A stretch of 64,000 bases of DNA, taken from positions 13,640,001-13,704,000 of the forward strand of contig JBHGNT010000016.1 in NCBI GenBank assembly GCA_043228905.1. Direction: 5' to 3'. Position 1 is the first letter of the stretch. Every line of letters begins with the position of its first letter. A program made the translations under genes and the position numbers. The notes beneath the pieces are model-generated. The model saw only the letters and a program-made list of their open reading frames with translations. It ran no database searches and had not been told where the DNA came from. Of the stretch, positions 51,939 to 64,000 are shown one piece after another. Origin of the DNA: Azolla caroliniana (Eukaryota; Plantae; Polypodiophyta).

Positions 51939-54900
51939 AGAGGGCTGCCAAGGCGTGGGGCTGAGATAGCCCGGACACTCGGAAAGGACCCCACGACTGT
52001 ACGATAGGTAGGAGATTTTGCTTCTCCAACAACGGAGGGTGTATGATAGTCGGCATCGTTGGCCGAGAAAAGACAAGGGCGGAAGTGCGACTTCGAGCGT
52101 GCGGAGTTCTCGGCCCGGACGAGGAAATTAGCGGGGCCGTGGAGGCGGTCTCCTTCGACGACACCTTGGGGATGCTGAGGAAGGTTGCTGGAGAAGACCT
52201 TAATGAAGACCGGGCAATACCGGTATGTTCCGAAGAGATGTCGGGGGCTGAGGAAGTTATCGCGAACTTCAGTCGGGGGCTCGGGTCGGATCGGACGGCC
52301 CGAGTTAGCACGAAGTACAAGACTGTGGACCGGAAGGTAAGGCCAGTCGCGGCACCCTTGCCGGAGGGCAACGAGTCCCGAATCAGAGGGGTGGCGTCGG
52401 ACCCCAGTTTACGAGATCCGGCCTGCATAGGACACACCTTCACCGACGGGACGCTCCGGGAGCTCAAGATCGGTGGGGGCGGGTTCCTACTGCCGGCGGA
52501 GGAAGACCGGTTTCGGAGAATGCTTGGAAGGCATGGGAAAGCCTTCGCATTCTCACCGGATGAGATCGGGTGCGCAGACCCGACGATCGTGGAGCCAATG
52601 GTGATATTCACGGTACCGCATGTGCCGTGGAATCTCAAGCCGATTCCGGTACCGAGAGCTCACATCCCGAAGTTGATGGAGCTATTGAGGCAGAAAGTAG
52701 ATATGGGCATTCTCGAACCGTCGAGTGCCCCATACTTGAACCGATGGTTTACCGTACCAAAGAAAAACGGAACGCAGCCGGTCAACAGAGTGACCATTCG
52801 GAACGCAGGAATCGGACCGACCATAGACGAGTTTGCGGAGGCCTTCGCCGGAAGGTCGATTTACTCGGTCGGTGATCTGTACTCGGGGTACGACCAGTTC
52901 CAGCTAGCCGTGGAGAGCAGAGATATTACGACGATGCGAACTCCCCTCGGCCTAGTGCGAATGTGTACCCTGCCACAAGGAGGGACCAACTCGGTGGCCC
53001 ACATGGTGAATGCAATGAACAAGGTACTGAGGGATTGCATCCCGGACATCACCATGCCGTTTCTAGACGACATCCCGATCAAGGGGTGCCCGGTGGAGGA
53101 GAAGGACGAGACAGTCGGGCCGGACGGATGCCGGCGATTCGTGGCGACACACATCGACGACTGCGAGAAGGTGCTACAGAGGCTAGAGGATGCGAGGCTC
53201 ACCTTCTCCGGTGAGAAATCGGCCTTCGGGCAATCGAAAATCCTGCTGGTCGGACACCTATGTGGACCTTATGGCCGGAAGCCGTCTCCGGCAAAGATAG
53301 AAGCCATCTCCGCGATGAAGACCGATTGTAGCTCGGTTATGGAAGTTTGGAGGTTCCTGGGGGCATGCGCGTTCTACCACATATGGATCCCGCATTACGC
53401 CCACGTTGCGGAGCCGCTATACGGGTTGCTGAAGAAAGGGCGAAAATTCGAGTGGCGAGACGAGCACACGGAATCGGTCCAGAAGCTGAAGGAGGCTCTT
53501 GCGGCAGCACCGACGCTCCGGAAGGCTGTCTACGAGAAGGGTACCCCGGTATACATAACAGTGGATACGAGTCCGACTGGGATCGGATGGGTCATCAACC
53601 AAGACGACAAGAACGACATTCGGTTCCCGATCCGATTCGGCGCGAAGGTTCTCAGTGAATGACAGCGAGGGTACGCCCAGGTTAAACGCGAACTCTGGGG
53701 TATCGTTTCGGCAGTAAAGGCCGACAAAGACTACTTGATCGGGACAGAAGTGGTTATCGAGACGGATTGCCTGCCGATTCTCGGCATGGTTTCCGGATAC
53801 GCGACACCGGACCTGCCGATGCTCCGGTGGATAGCGTACATCAAGTCCCTGGACCCGGAAATACGGCACATTTTCGGAAAGGACAACGCCATGGCCGACA
53901 TTGTTTCGAGGGCAAGGTTTGATGACGAGGGCGGCATGGTTTCGGAGGACGAAGAAGTCGGCGTGGACTTCTTCGAGGCTGCATACGTAACGACCGATGG
54001 GACGAGCACTCCAGGACTTAACGACTTTGACGAGAGCAAGTACGACGGCGAGTGGCTCCAGATCGGTGGATTTTTGAGGACAATGACGCCGGATGCGTCA
54101 TGGACGAAAGACGAGGCCAACCGCATCCGGAAGAAAGCATACCGATTCTTTCTCCGGGACGGATACTTATGGAAGCACCCGAAGAAGAGGAACGGCGTCC
54201 CGCTCCGGGTGGTGGCGATGAAGGAAGAACAGGAGGAGCTGCTGACGGGCTACCACGACAGCCCTTGGGCTTGACACCGTGGAACGTGGGCCACGTTCGA
54301 GAAGATAAAGGGGAAGTACTGGTGGCCGGGACTGTACCGGGACGTGCATCGGTTCGTGACAACTTGCAAGAGCTATCAGATGCACTCCATAGTCCGGCAT
54401 CGGGACGAGCTTCACCCTACGTACCCTCCGACCATCCACTTCAAATGGATGGTAGATCTGGTGACGATGCCGATGGGCATAGGACAGATGCGGTATCTGG
54501 TCCTGGCTCGGGAAGATCTGACGAGCCAGGTGGAAGGCCGGGCCCTTCAGAACAAAACGACCGCGGCCATATGTCGGTTCCTGATCGAGGACGTGATATG
54601 CCGGTACGGGTGCGTCGGGAAGATCGTGGCTGATCGCGGGGAGTTGGACGCCGAAGAGGTCGAGGAGCTGTTCGACCGGCTAGGAGTCAAGCTCTCGCTT
54701 ACCACTGCATACAATCTGGAGGCGAATGGGAAGGTGGAGCGCGGACACGGACCGATCGTCAAGGCGTTAGTTCGGGCATGCGGAGGTCAAGTTGGGAACT
54801 GGCCGCGGCTGTTGCCTTACGCGTTGTGGGCGGACCAAACTACGCACAGTTCGGTAACCGGAGTCATGCCGGCAGAGCTCATGTTTGGGCAAAAGCCGAT

Positions 54901-55390
54901 CATGCCGATGGAACGTACGATCTCCTCATGGGCAACCGTGGACTGGAGAGACGAGATGAGCTGGAAGGAACTGTTGGCGGTGCGTATACGACAGCTCGAG
55001 CGAAGACCGGAGGACGTGGAGCAGGCTACGGAAAGGCTTCGGGTAGCCAGGTCGAGGAACAAAGCCCGGTTTGACCGGACACACCAGCTCCGACCGAAGA
55101 AGATCGAGGAAGGTGACTAGGTGCTAGTCTACGACATCAGCCTCGACAACCAGCACCGAGCGACACAGAAGTTCGCAAGAAGGTGGTTCGGGCCTTACGT
55201 GGTACAAAGCGCCAACGACAATGGGACGTACCATCTGGCAGAACTCGACGGCACGAGAATGGCGATACCGGTAGCTGGGAAGCGGGTCAAAGCGTTCAAG
55301 AAGCGTCACGACGACGAGCCGGATCCGGTTGACTTGGACTGCGACGACGAGCGATCCGAAACCGAGGGAGAACCGACGGGCGGAGAATGA
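51935..55390 (+). pseudogene. pol: RT-RNase H-integrase ORF of element J, in the -1 frame relative to gag-PR
   Basis: ORFs 52043, 53735, 54344 and 55121 share one frame, broken by single stops (51962, 53660, 54272, 55118). Confidence 0.9.
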
Positions 55391-58300
55391 AGGCTGGACT
55401 GGTTTTCTCCGTCCCAGCACAATTTGGCGCATGCCGGAGGATGCGCGGTTAGGTGGGGGCGGGTGTCGTGAAGAAAACCGTCCACGAGCGGAATCGGTGC
55501 ACCGGAGTGTAGAAACCGACTCTTCATGCACGTGCGCCTTAAGTTGTACATAGGAGATCCTAGGTAGATTCGGTAGGTAGGAAGTAAAGGGGAAACGGCT
55601 CCTTCCTTACCTATAAAAGGAGGGAGACGAGGAGGGGCGAAGGATCGCGGAGAGTCGAGGACGAAGTGCTGTCGGTTCGTGGGCGAAGGCTTCTCTCTCT
55701 CTCTGGTTCGCAAACTCCATAGCTTCCCTCTGTGCAGGTTTCCGGAGGCTCGCGCTGCTCTGAGGAATGCCCGAGTGCTTCCGGCAGCACCTCCAACCTG
55801 CTCCTGTCTTTCTGTGCGTTTATGAACAGGCATCGGCATCTGTTCGCCGGCCTGTTCGGTTGTAACCGACTTCGTGTTTTTGTTGCTTCCGTGTTCTTGT
55901 TGTTGTCTTGTTAATATATACATACATTCGTGTCTTTCTGTGTCGCTGTCCCACTTGCGTCTTTGTGTCGAAGGGTCGTGTCCCTATGGATCTACGCTCG
56001 CACGTAGAGGGATTCTTCCCCTCCTCTCTTGCTCTTTGGTACAGGACCCCCGAGGTTCCGCCTCATTCCACGCATCCGCGAGGAATACCTCGACACCGGC
56101 AAGCGGCACCAGTCCGGAAAATTGAACCGCGGACCGAGCAACAACCGGAATCGGAATGGTTCCAGAGAGATGATTGATACAAACTGGAACGAGGTATCCG
56201 GTACGACGAAAGAAGGCGAGACGATTATGACTAGGACTGTAATGATAGGAGAACAGATGACTACAACTGCGATTGGTATGATCGCCACTACTCCCTAGAG
56301 TATGACCGAAGAAGGGACAACAAATGTTACTCGGAACGACAAGAATATTTTGATAAGAAGAGACGATACTTAGACCATCAAGGATATCAGAACCACTGGC
56401 GCAACAACTAGAGGGGAAATCTTTGACGAGAAGAGCATCGGGAACCAGCCAGAGAGTATTGACGGGAGCCGGATACAAACACGATTGTTGCACAACCAAA
56501 ACAATGGAGGATGGAGGAGACCAGTCGAATGACATCAGGCAATCAACCCAGAATTGCTAGAAAAGGAGAACGAAGCAACATCCAGAAGGTGTATTACTAT
56601 TATTGTTAGAAGGAAGGGCATTATAGTAGTTAGTGTCTGGTGAAGACCAATGAAAAGAAGCCGGAAGTTAATATGTTGATCGCGGAGGTTACCAACGTTC
56701 AGCAAGTCACCACTAGATCTAAAGGAAAAACTACCGAGTGGTAGACCCAAGAGGCCATTCTAAAGCAGGCGACCGAATGGATACAAAAAGCCAATGAACA
56801 GAACATGGCCATATTATGAGAACAAATCAAGCCTCCGGAAGCACGGACAGAGACCACAGATGAGGACTCGACCTAGCAGGCATTACAAGAATGTCAAATC
56901 ATACTACCACTAGGTCGCTTATTATAGTTAGTCCCTTGATTTACGGAAGGACTCAAATCGGTGTTAGCACCACAAAACTCAGAGCCAATACCGGCATTCT
57001 TCTCCAATCCAGAGGAAGGACCGGTAGGAGTTGACACCAACAGCCCAACAATTACGGTGATTGTCAAAGGATGAGAAGTACCCGGAACAATTGTGGACAA
57101 CAGTTCTGGAGTGAACATGATCAGCCAATGCACATGTGATACCTTGGGCATTAGAGAATGGGAACCATGCCCATTTTCGTTGCAAATGGCGGATACTAGC
57201 TTGGTCCGGCCAACCGAACTTATCCAGAATTTAGAGATTATAATCGGAGGGCATGCATTCCGGATATCCGTGGTAGTCTTGCAACTAAACACACAAGGGG
57301 CTTATCCCTTGCTGTTAGGATGACCATGGCTGCAGACGGCACACATAAAGCAAAATTGGCAGGAAAATGTCATTACCTTCCGGAGAGAGAAGACAAAAGT
57401 ACGGGTGCTGACACAACCACGCATGGCTACCAGTAAGGAGCTGACACCACTATACGCGGAAAGCATTAATATGTTGAACGGACTAGCAGATGACAAGGTC
57501 GACCGGTACCTAGAAGAATATCTGAAGATAGTACCGTTATTTGAAGTAGACGTCGTCGAAATTGTCACACTGTATGTCGTGCACCCAGAAGAAGTCTTTG
57601 ACGAGCCGGATCGGGAGGCAATCCGGGAATTGCGGTAGGGCAGAAGAATCTTTGGAATGGGAGATGGCATTATCTCAATGAGTGAAGGCATCCCAACTAG
57701 AGGAGGTGGACCTCGGAACCAGTGAAGCACCAAAACCAGTGAACATGGCAAATGAAATGCCATTGGTAGAGAAAATGGCAATGATGCAACTACGCAAAGA
57801 GTTTTGGGATGTGTTCGCATGGTCATATGAAGATATGTGAGGGTTTGGTCCCTAACTATACCAACATCAGATCCACCTCAGCAAGGACGCAAAGCCGGTA
57901 GCCCAGCGACGCTACCGGATGAACCCGAATTATGCGGCGAGAGCCAAAGAGGAAATCAATAACGTGTTGAGAGTCAGTTTGATCTAACTTGTGAAACAAG
58001 CGACATGGTTGCATCTGATTGTTGTATCCAAAAAGAACGGTAAGATTCGGGTCTTTGTCGACTACGAAAAGCTAAATGCTACTACGGTGACTGATGCGTT
58101 CCTACTACCATTTACGGATGGGGTCTTAGACGCGGTAGCAAGTTATGAGATATATAGTTCCCTAGACGGACTCAACAGACATAATCAAATCCGGATGCAC
58201 CTAGTAGATCAACAAAAAACGACATTCGTTACAGAATGGGGAGTGTTCATTGCGGTAGTAATGATGTTTGGACTTAAGACGACACCAACGACATTCCAGT

Positions 58301-58719
58301 GGATTATCATGGAAATATTCGGGGAATACATTACGACATTTATGCAAGTCTTTTTGGATGAATTTGCAATTTACAACCGTAAGGGAGAGCACTTGGACCA
58401 TCTCCAAATCTATCTGGAGAAGTGTCGAGGATCCCGAGTAAGCCTGAATCCGAAAAAATGTGTCTTCAGGGTAACAAGTGGGAAGCTACTCAGACACATC
58501 GTTGGCAGGGATGGAATTGTTGTTGACTCGGATAAGGTGAAGGCCATCTTGGAAGCTTCGGCACCAGCAAACGCCAAGGCATTGAGCCGGTTTTTAGGAC
58601 AGATCCAGTGGCACTGCTACATTCTTTGATACATAGTAGACGTCACCACCCCATTACATGCGGGTGCACCGAATAACCTTTCAATAGACGGAGCAAGAAG
58701 ATAAGGCGTACCAAGCACG

Positions 58720-60067
58720 GACATGGAGAACACCCCGATTTCTAGTACTGGTGGTGGAACCAATGCCGGAGACTACCTCAGAGCAACTAGCAACGGTGGT
58801 CACACTGGTTCTGCAAGAACCGGTTATAGAGGAACGAACCTCATCGGGTCGCCAGGTGCAGCCGTAAAAGGAACGACTACCGGAGTTGAATTTCCAAGGG
58901 CTTCAAGAGACAAGCTAAGACCGGAACCAGTGCAATAGTTTGCGGCACTGACACAACACAGAACCTATCGTTAATCGTTGAAATGGCTCAAACAGCAGGT
59001 ATCCGGTGTAGCTGACTGGATGGATGAAGAACATTGCAGAGAATGGACGCAAACAGACAAGTTGTTCGTCACAACCGAAGAAGTAGAGAAGTATCGGACG
59101 CAGATTCGGGGACTAGAGGAGGAATTAGAGAGGGCCAATGAATACACGGCCATTATGGCGAAGATGGGGCCAAATACAAGTACAATTGAGCTGGAGGCAC
59201 TAGCTAAAGTACAAATAAATGAAGAACCAGTGGCTAGCATAGCCCCTGTAAATGATGTTGAACAAGAGCATGAAGTGGCAACGCTAAAAGAGGAACTCTG
59301 ACAGCAGAAGGAAAGAGAAGGCTAGGCGCGCTCTCAAATAAACTGAAGGATGAAGCAAAAGATGGACGATTTCGACAAGTTGCATCGAAACCAGAAGCAA
59401 CTGGATGCCAAACATAAGAAGCTTGTGGTAGAATTGGAACGGTAGCAGGAGAAATTGAAAGAGCTCCGGACGGAAGTGGTCAAGAAAATGGACACGTTGG
59501 CAGAGGAACGGATGAAGACGGTGGAGTCGGCAAAGAAGCTTGAATAGGCGGTGAGAGAGAGAACGAAGCTAAACCGAAAGCACTACGAGGAAGTGGAACG
59601 AGAAAAATGGTTTTGGATAGGGTTCAATTGACCTATCAAACCCAATTGCTCAACTATGAAGTGCAGGCACAAGCTACTGTTGCCCTCATCAAGAAGCTCA
59701 AGGAGGAGAAGCAGGCTACGGAAAATAGTGCGAAGCTTGGAGTAGGCCAAATCCAGACAATAATAATGGCATGGAAAGACCAGACGAAGAGGAGTATTGA
59801 CAAAAGCTTGATGGGCTGGTGGACTCAATGGTTGCAGCAAGCGGCAGAATTGCAAGTCCTTCGAGTAGACGCAGAACCCGGAAGAAAGCTGGCGACAACT
59901 TCTACAAGATGGATGAAGAAAGTATTGTCACCATCGAGGAGCAGTTGTGGGACGACTTCTTGTCCTTGTCCGGAGCTCACCTCGACGTTGTCCGGAGGGT
60001 GATCGAATGACTGGATGATCATCCGCTCGGAACACAACTCCAATTCGAGCAATTCGAACAGGACTGA
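58720..60067 (+). pseudogene. Degenerate extra ORF (coiled-coil-like, E/K/Q-rich) between pol and the 3' LTR of element I
   Basis: ORFs 58978-59301, 59607-60002 and 59819-60010 plus the intervening sequence read as one helical protein with scattered stops and frameshifts. Confidence 0.6.
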
Positions 60068-62689
60068 GGGTGGCGAGAGGCAAAAAGAATGATGCTGGCA
60101 ATAAACATTAGTGGAATAGTTGTACCAGTCCGGATCTAGACCGATTCGTAGCCGATTGCCTGTTTGGCACCGTTTTGTAAACAGAACCGGATGCCTATAA
60201 AAGGATCTGAAAAACAATGTATTGAGGGACGAAATTAATATAAGAAAAGTTTTTTTAAACTATTGCGTATCTATTCATTTCCGTTCTATGTTTAGTGTTA
60301 TATCTTATGCGTGTAATCAATCTGGAACCGATCCGGAAGTAGTCGGATAACAACTAGATTGGAGTCGGAACTTTACCCCGTAACCACCCTTTGGTGAAGT
60401 GATCCGGAAAGGAAACCCTGTGTTAGTGGCTAGTCCAACCTAGGATTAACAATACCTTCTGGATCCATCCAATCCGGTTTCTGGATCCATCCAGTGTAGT
60501 TCCTTCTTTTGACTCGTCCGGTCCGGCTCATCCGGTTCTCATCAGGATCCCATACGGAGGGACCAATTTCCAAACAAAAATATGAATATTCATATATCAA
60601 CACTCCTTTGTCCTATATGCAGAACCTAAGAAACATTGAGTTGAATTTGCTTCCTCTAAGAAACATTGAATTGAATCTCCTTCCTCTCATACAAAAGCGT
60701 TTGCATACAAAATTACGATAACTAAATTTTGCTTTCCAAGGTAAGTGTATGTAGCACTTTGAATATCAACTTGTTTGTGAGGGAAAAATAAGAGACTGGA
60801 CATTTCAAATATATAATCATGCATTTCACTCTTAGAATTGCTCTCACAAATTTTCAACAAATGGCCAGGCATATTTTTGAGATTTCTAAGACATATTCAT
60901 GATTATTTATTAGGACGAAACCCTTCCAACATCACTCTCCTTGCTTTCTCCCCAGTACCCCACATCCAGCTCCTCCCTTCATATCCTCCAGACCCTCTAT
61001 CTCATGCCACCCACATTCTTCTCCTCTTTGATTCTCTTCCCACAATGACAATCTTCACCTCAACCTTTCTTTCTCCCTTTCCTCTACCACCCTCATCGAC
61101 CCTTTTGGAAAAAGTCTTGCGATGGTATACCAAAGAGTCTAACGGATTAGATTGGACCATTGAAATAATTGGAATTCATCATATCGAAGAGCAAGTGTGA
61201 GACCAAAAGAAGGGGAGAAATTTTGTGTTAATTCTAGAGGTTTTATCCAAATGGACACCCTAATGTGAAAGGGGATAATCTCTTTGTAAAAGAACGATAA
61301 AAGTAACTTTTGAACCTCTTTAGTTTGTCTTCTTGAACCTTGATTCCTTTCTTCTTCTTGTAATCTATGTTAGAGCTATTTCTCCTCTTTCTCATACTTT
61401 TGATTAGGTGCCACTCTCTTATATATGTTTTGTAGGCATCCTACTAACCCATTCATGAAATTCTTAGTATTAAAGTTAATACTAACAAGACATGAATGAG
61501 TGTGTGTGAGATTAGGGTACACCAAGCCTAGATCCCCGAACTTATGATAATAGCACAGGGATACAACTTCGTCAATACAAAGACTTGCACTTGCGCTTTG
61601 TGAGATGACCCTCTTGCACATATTACACAAACACAAACACATTTCCAGACATTCACATATAGAATTACACTACTAAACTTATATGAACACTCACAAAATC
61701 ACATACAAACATACTACTATATACACATGTATATATATTTAGACTTGACTACAGACACTTTCTGACACAAAAAAATAAGTAAAACAAAAAACAATTATGC
61801 ATATATATACATACATGTACCATATTATATGAACACTTGTTTTCACTTGAACAACTAAACACACATTTAAACATAAGCATTATACCCATGTATGTGTGCA
61901 CATAAATGAAAAATAAAACAAGCTAGTGTATAAATGGGCTCTACTATCCATAATAAGGGTTATCATTCACCTAAAACCCACATTCTTGAGAAGGGCGGAA
62001 CTACGAGTGCTTCAAGTGGTATATTATTCACCCCCCAACCATTCTTCAAGAATGCCATTGTCTCTCTAGTTCAAGTTCTCATTGGTTCAACTCGAATTTT
62101 ACACACACACACTACACAAATTTTAGCGACATCTTTGGTAGTCTATCAAGGAGAAGATGAATGGAGTACCAAATGAAGAATTTTTTGATGATGATCAAGC
62201 ATGTGCTTCAGGAAAGACCCTATAAAACGAGAGTCTATTAGTCTATAGAGAGAATGGTAGTGGTGTCTCTTGCTATTTAGAGGCATTTAAGGAAAAAAAG
62301 TGCATGCAATGTATACTTGAAGTAAGACAATTGGCAAGCTTCATAAGAATGGTAACGAAAAGAATCCAAAATTGAATTCTTAAAATACACGTTGGAAGAT
62401 GGCACTATCACAGTGCATGCTTACCTATAGAAAGGGGCATGAATCTTGTATAAAGTTTTTTGTAGATGGAATGTTAATATATAAGAGTTTTTGTATAAAA
62501 TACCCTTTTTGCTATTGATCTATTTCTGTTAATTCTTAACAAGTTTTGAATCATTGTGATTATCAGCCGATTAATAGTGTAGCCGATTCACACTGGTTGT
62601 GTTTTGATTGACTAAGTTGTAGCGATCCATGTCTGATTAGAAAATACTATTTGTTTAAGTGTAATCTTTACGTTATTCCCATCCCTCCT

Positions 62690-63500
62690 ACCATGATCTT
62701 TGTTGAAGGGTACTCAGTGGTTGAGTATTTGACGCGTGCTTCCTAGGGAGTAGGAATAGTGTAAAAAATATTGAATGGTGAACCCAATCAATAGATAAAG
62801 AAGAGTTTTTATTAAAAAACCAAGCATAACACAATATTACATCAATGGTACAAGGATTTAGTACATGGAAATCTAGTTGTTCTACATAAGTATCAATGTA
62901 AATTGCCAAGGCCTGAATCACCGCGTTGATGTATTGAACTCTTCCATCAACCAAATGCACTTTATAGGTGTGATCACTTATGGTGGGTTGGATTCCCCAT
63001 ATCTGAATCAAACAATCATTCACAAAGTTATGTGAGCTTCCAAAATCAAATAAGAATTGTATTAGAGATCCATTGATATACCCATTTGCACGTAGTAATT
63101 ATTGGGTCCCAATACATAGTGAGGGAAAGAACATTTAAAACTACTTAAATGATGTGTATAGATCTCAAGGACATCAAGAATTTGATCTTTATGATTTGCA
63201 ACTTTGGTTTTGTTGTCATGCTCTTTGCATTGGAGCTTCCAACATTGCTCTTTTGTGTGACCCTTCCTGTTTTGCAGAACACGCAAAAAGAATTTAGTCT
63301 CTTACAATCGTGATTCATGAATTCATTGAGTAACTTGAATTTCCCGAAAAATTCTGACTGCTTAGTCCTGAGTGCTTCGGGTTTGGTATGATCCTTCTTC
63401 AAAGTGCGTTGATAATGAAGGACTATTTCAACCGCCTCTTTAAAGGATTTTGAATCCTTATCCAGCACCATCCAATGATAGTTCAAATTGGGGATACCAC
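62690..63500 (-). mobile_element. Highly degenerate Gypsy gag-protease remnant
   Basis: Minus strand encodes CVFCK..GHTKEQC (with a frameshift), LFDFGSSHNF and a DVIL..W flap-like motif. Confidence 0.6.
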
Positions 63501-64000
63501 TAATAAAAACAAGTTATTAACTAATTGCCACCTTGTAGTCTTGATTTTTGAATTTGGGTTCTAGTATGGTGAACATAATTTTCTAGTGAGGAAAATTAAT
63601 TCCATCTAGTGAGGTTCATTCATGCTTGTGCAGGCTCGGTGCGATATGGAGGTTGCAGAAATTGACCCTTGAAGCCCTTGACAAAGTCTGTCTAGGTATC
63701 CTGCTAATTCCTTGTACCGCGGAGCCCATGTCCCTAGGTAGCAGCCTTACTCCCTAGTTTTAGACCAACATATGCAATCTTCGTAGTATATGCCGTAGGA
63801 TAGAGCTCAAAATGAGACTCCCCTCGGCCAAGCGAAGTATAGATTGCTTCTTCAGTTCTAACCTTTTTTGCTCTCGTAAATGAATAAGTTGATGACAAAT
63901 GATCGTTCACCTTGATGTTCATCTAGTTTATTAGTATTGCATTGCATACTAATGACCCATGCTTCTAGAGAATTATGAGATTGTCGAAGTTCAGAAATCT

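Larger units (their letters stand above)
49165..56095 (+). mobile_element. Young, near full-length non-chromovirus Ty3/Gypsy element J, tRNA-Trp primed, 4-bp TSD
   Basis: 632-bp LTRs (49165-49796, 55464-56095) with ~7 differences by eye, and TSD ccgg. Gag-PR (LMDHGSEIN) to 51938, then RT (FLDD), RNase H and integrase to 55390. PPT aggtgggggcggg 55451-55463. Confidence 0.97.
47406..60451 (+). mobile_element. Athila/Tat-like Gypsy element I (same family as A) inserted in the LTR of H
   Basis: TSD atact/atacc; the uninterrupted sister LTR reads atacc. 5' LTR 47406-47874 and partial 3' LTR ~60113-60451. PBS-like tggtgaccac at 47881 (Arg-like). Gag, protease and RT (57991-58629) present; RNase H and integrase deleted. 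Confidence 0.88.
44319..60576 (-). mobile_element. Internally deleted Copia (Tnt1/Tork-like) element H
   Basis: Perfect TSD aaaat (44314-44318 / 60577-60581). 3' LTR 44319-44884 with PPT (atctccccc on +). RT YVDD in 45285-46079, protease WVVNSGAS, gag pieces, integrase absent. The 5' LTR is split into 47055-47405 and 60452-60576. Confidence 0.88.

Noticed and set aside
49049-56535. Numerous long antisense and overlapping ORFs across element J
   Set aside because: These are expected in GC-rich sequence opposite a coding frame, and they have no recognisable motifs.
60605-62680. Short ORFs in the AT-rich distal region (e.g. 60838-61200)
   Set aside because: Low complexity, with no recognisable domain or splice-consistent gene model.

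Overview
This is eukaryotic plant genomic DNA, probably from a non-seed land plant such as a fern (inferred from the TE lineages only). One intact host gene sits in a dense field of nested retrotransposons: a two-exon G-type (bulb) lectin S-domain receptor-like kinase with a non-RD catalytic loop (40330-43475, +). Its 5' end is partially duplicated in tandem. Upstream are an Athila/Tat-like Gypsy fragment, a non-autonomous tRNA-Trp-primed LTR element with a long acidic Cys/His repeat reading frame, two chromovirus copies, several Copia elements and solo LTRs, and a 5'-truncated RTEX-like LINE with a (TCTT)n tail. About 120 bp downstream of the kinase stop codon is a four-level nest: solo LTR > Copia > Athila/Tat-like Gypsy > young Trp-primed Gypsy with 632-bp LTRs and a 4-bp TSD. 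The most interesting signals read directly from the sequence are: (i) self-priming sites, -1 frameshift pseudoknots and antisense tRNA-like A/B boxes shared, partly with compensatory changes, by the two chromoviruses; (ii) a GGAUUUU-UAG slippery site plus H-type pseudoknot between protease and RT in the young Gypsy; (iii) the repeat-protein cargo element of the same Trp-primed family; (iv) the RTEX-like LINE inserted in a TC microsatellite. All alignments were done by eye, so boundaries that lack a TSD are approximate.
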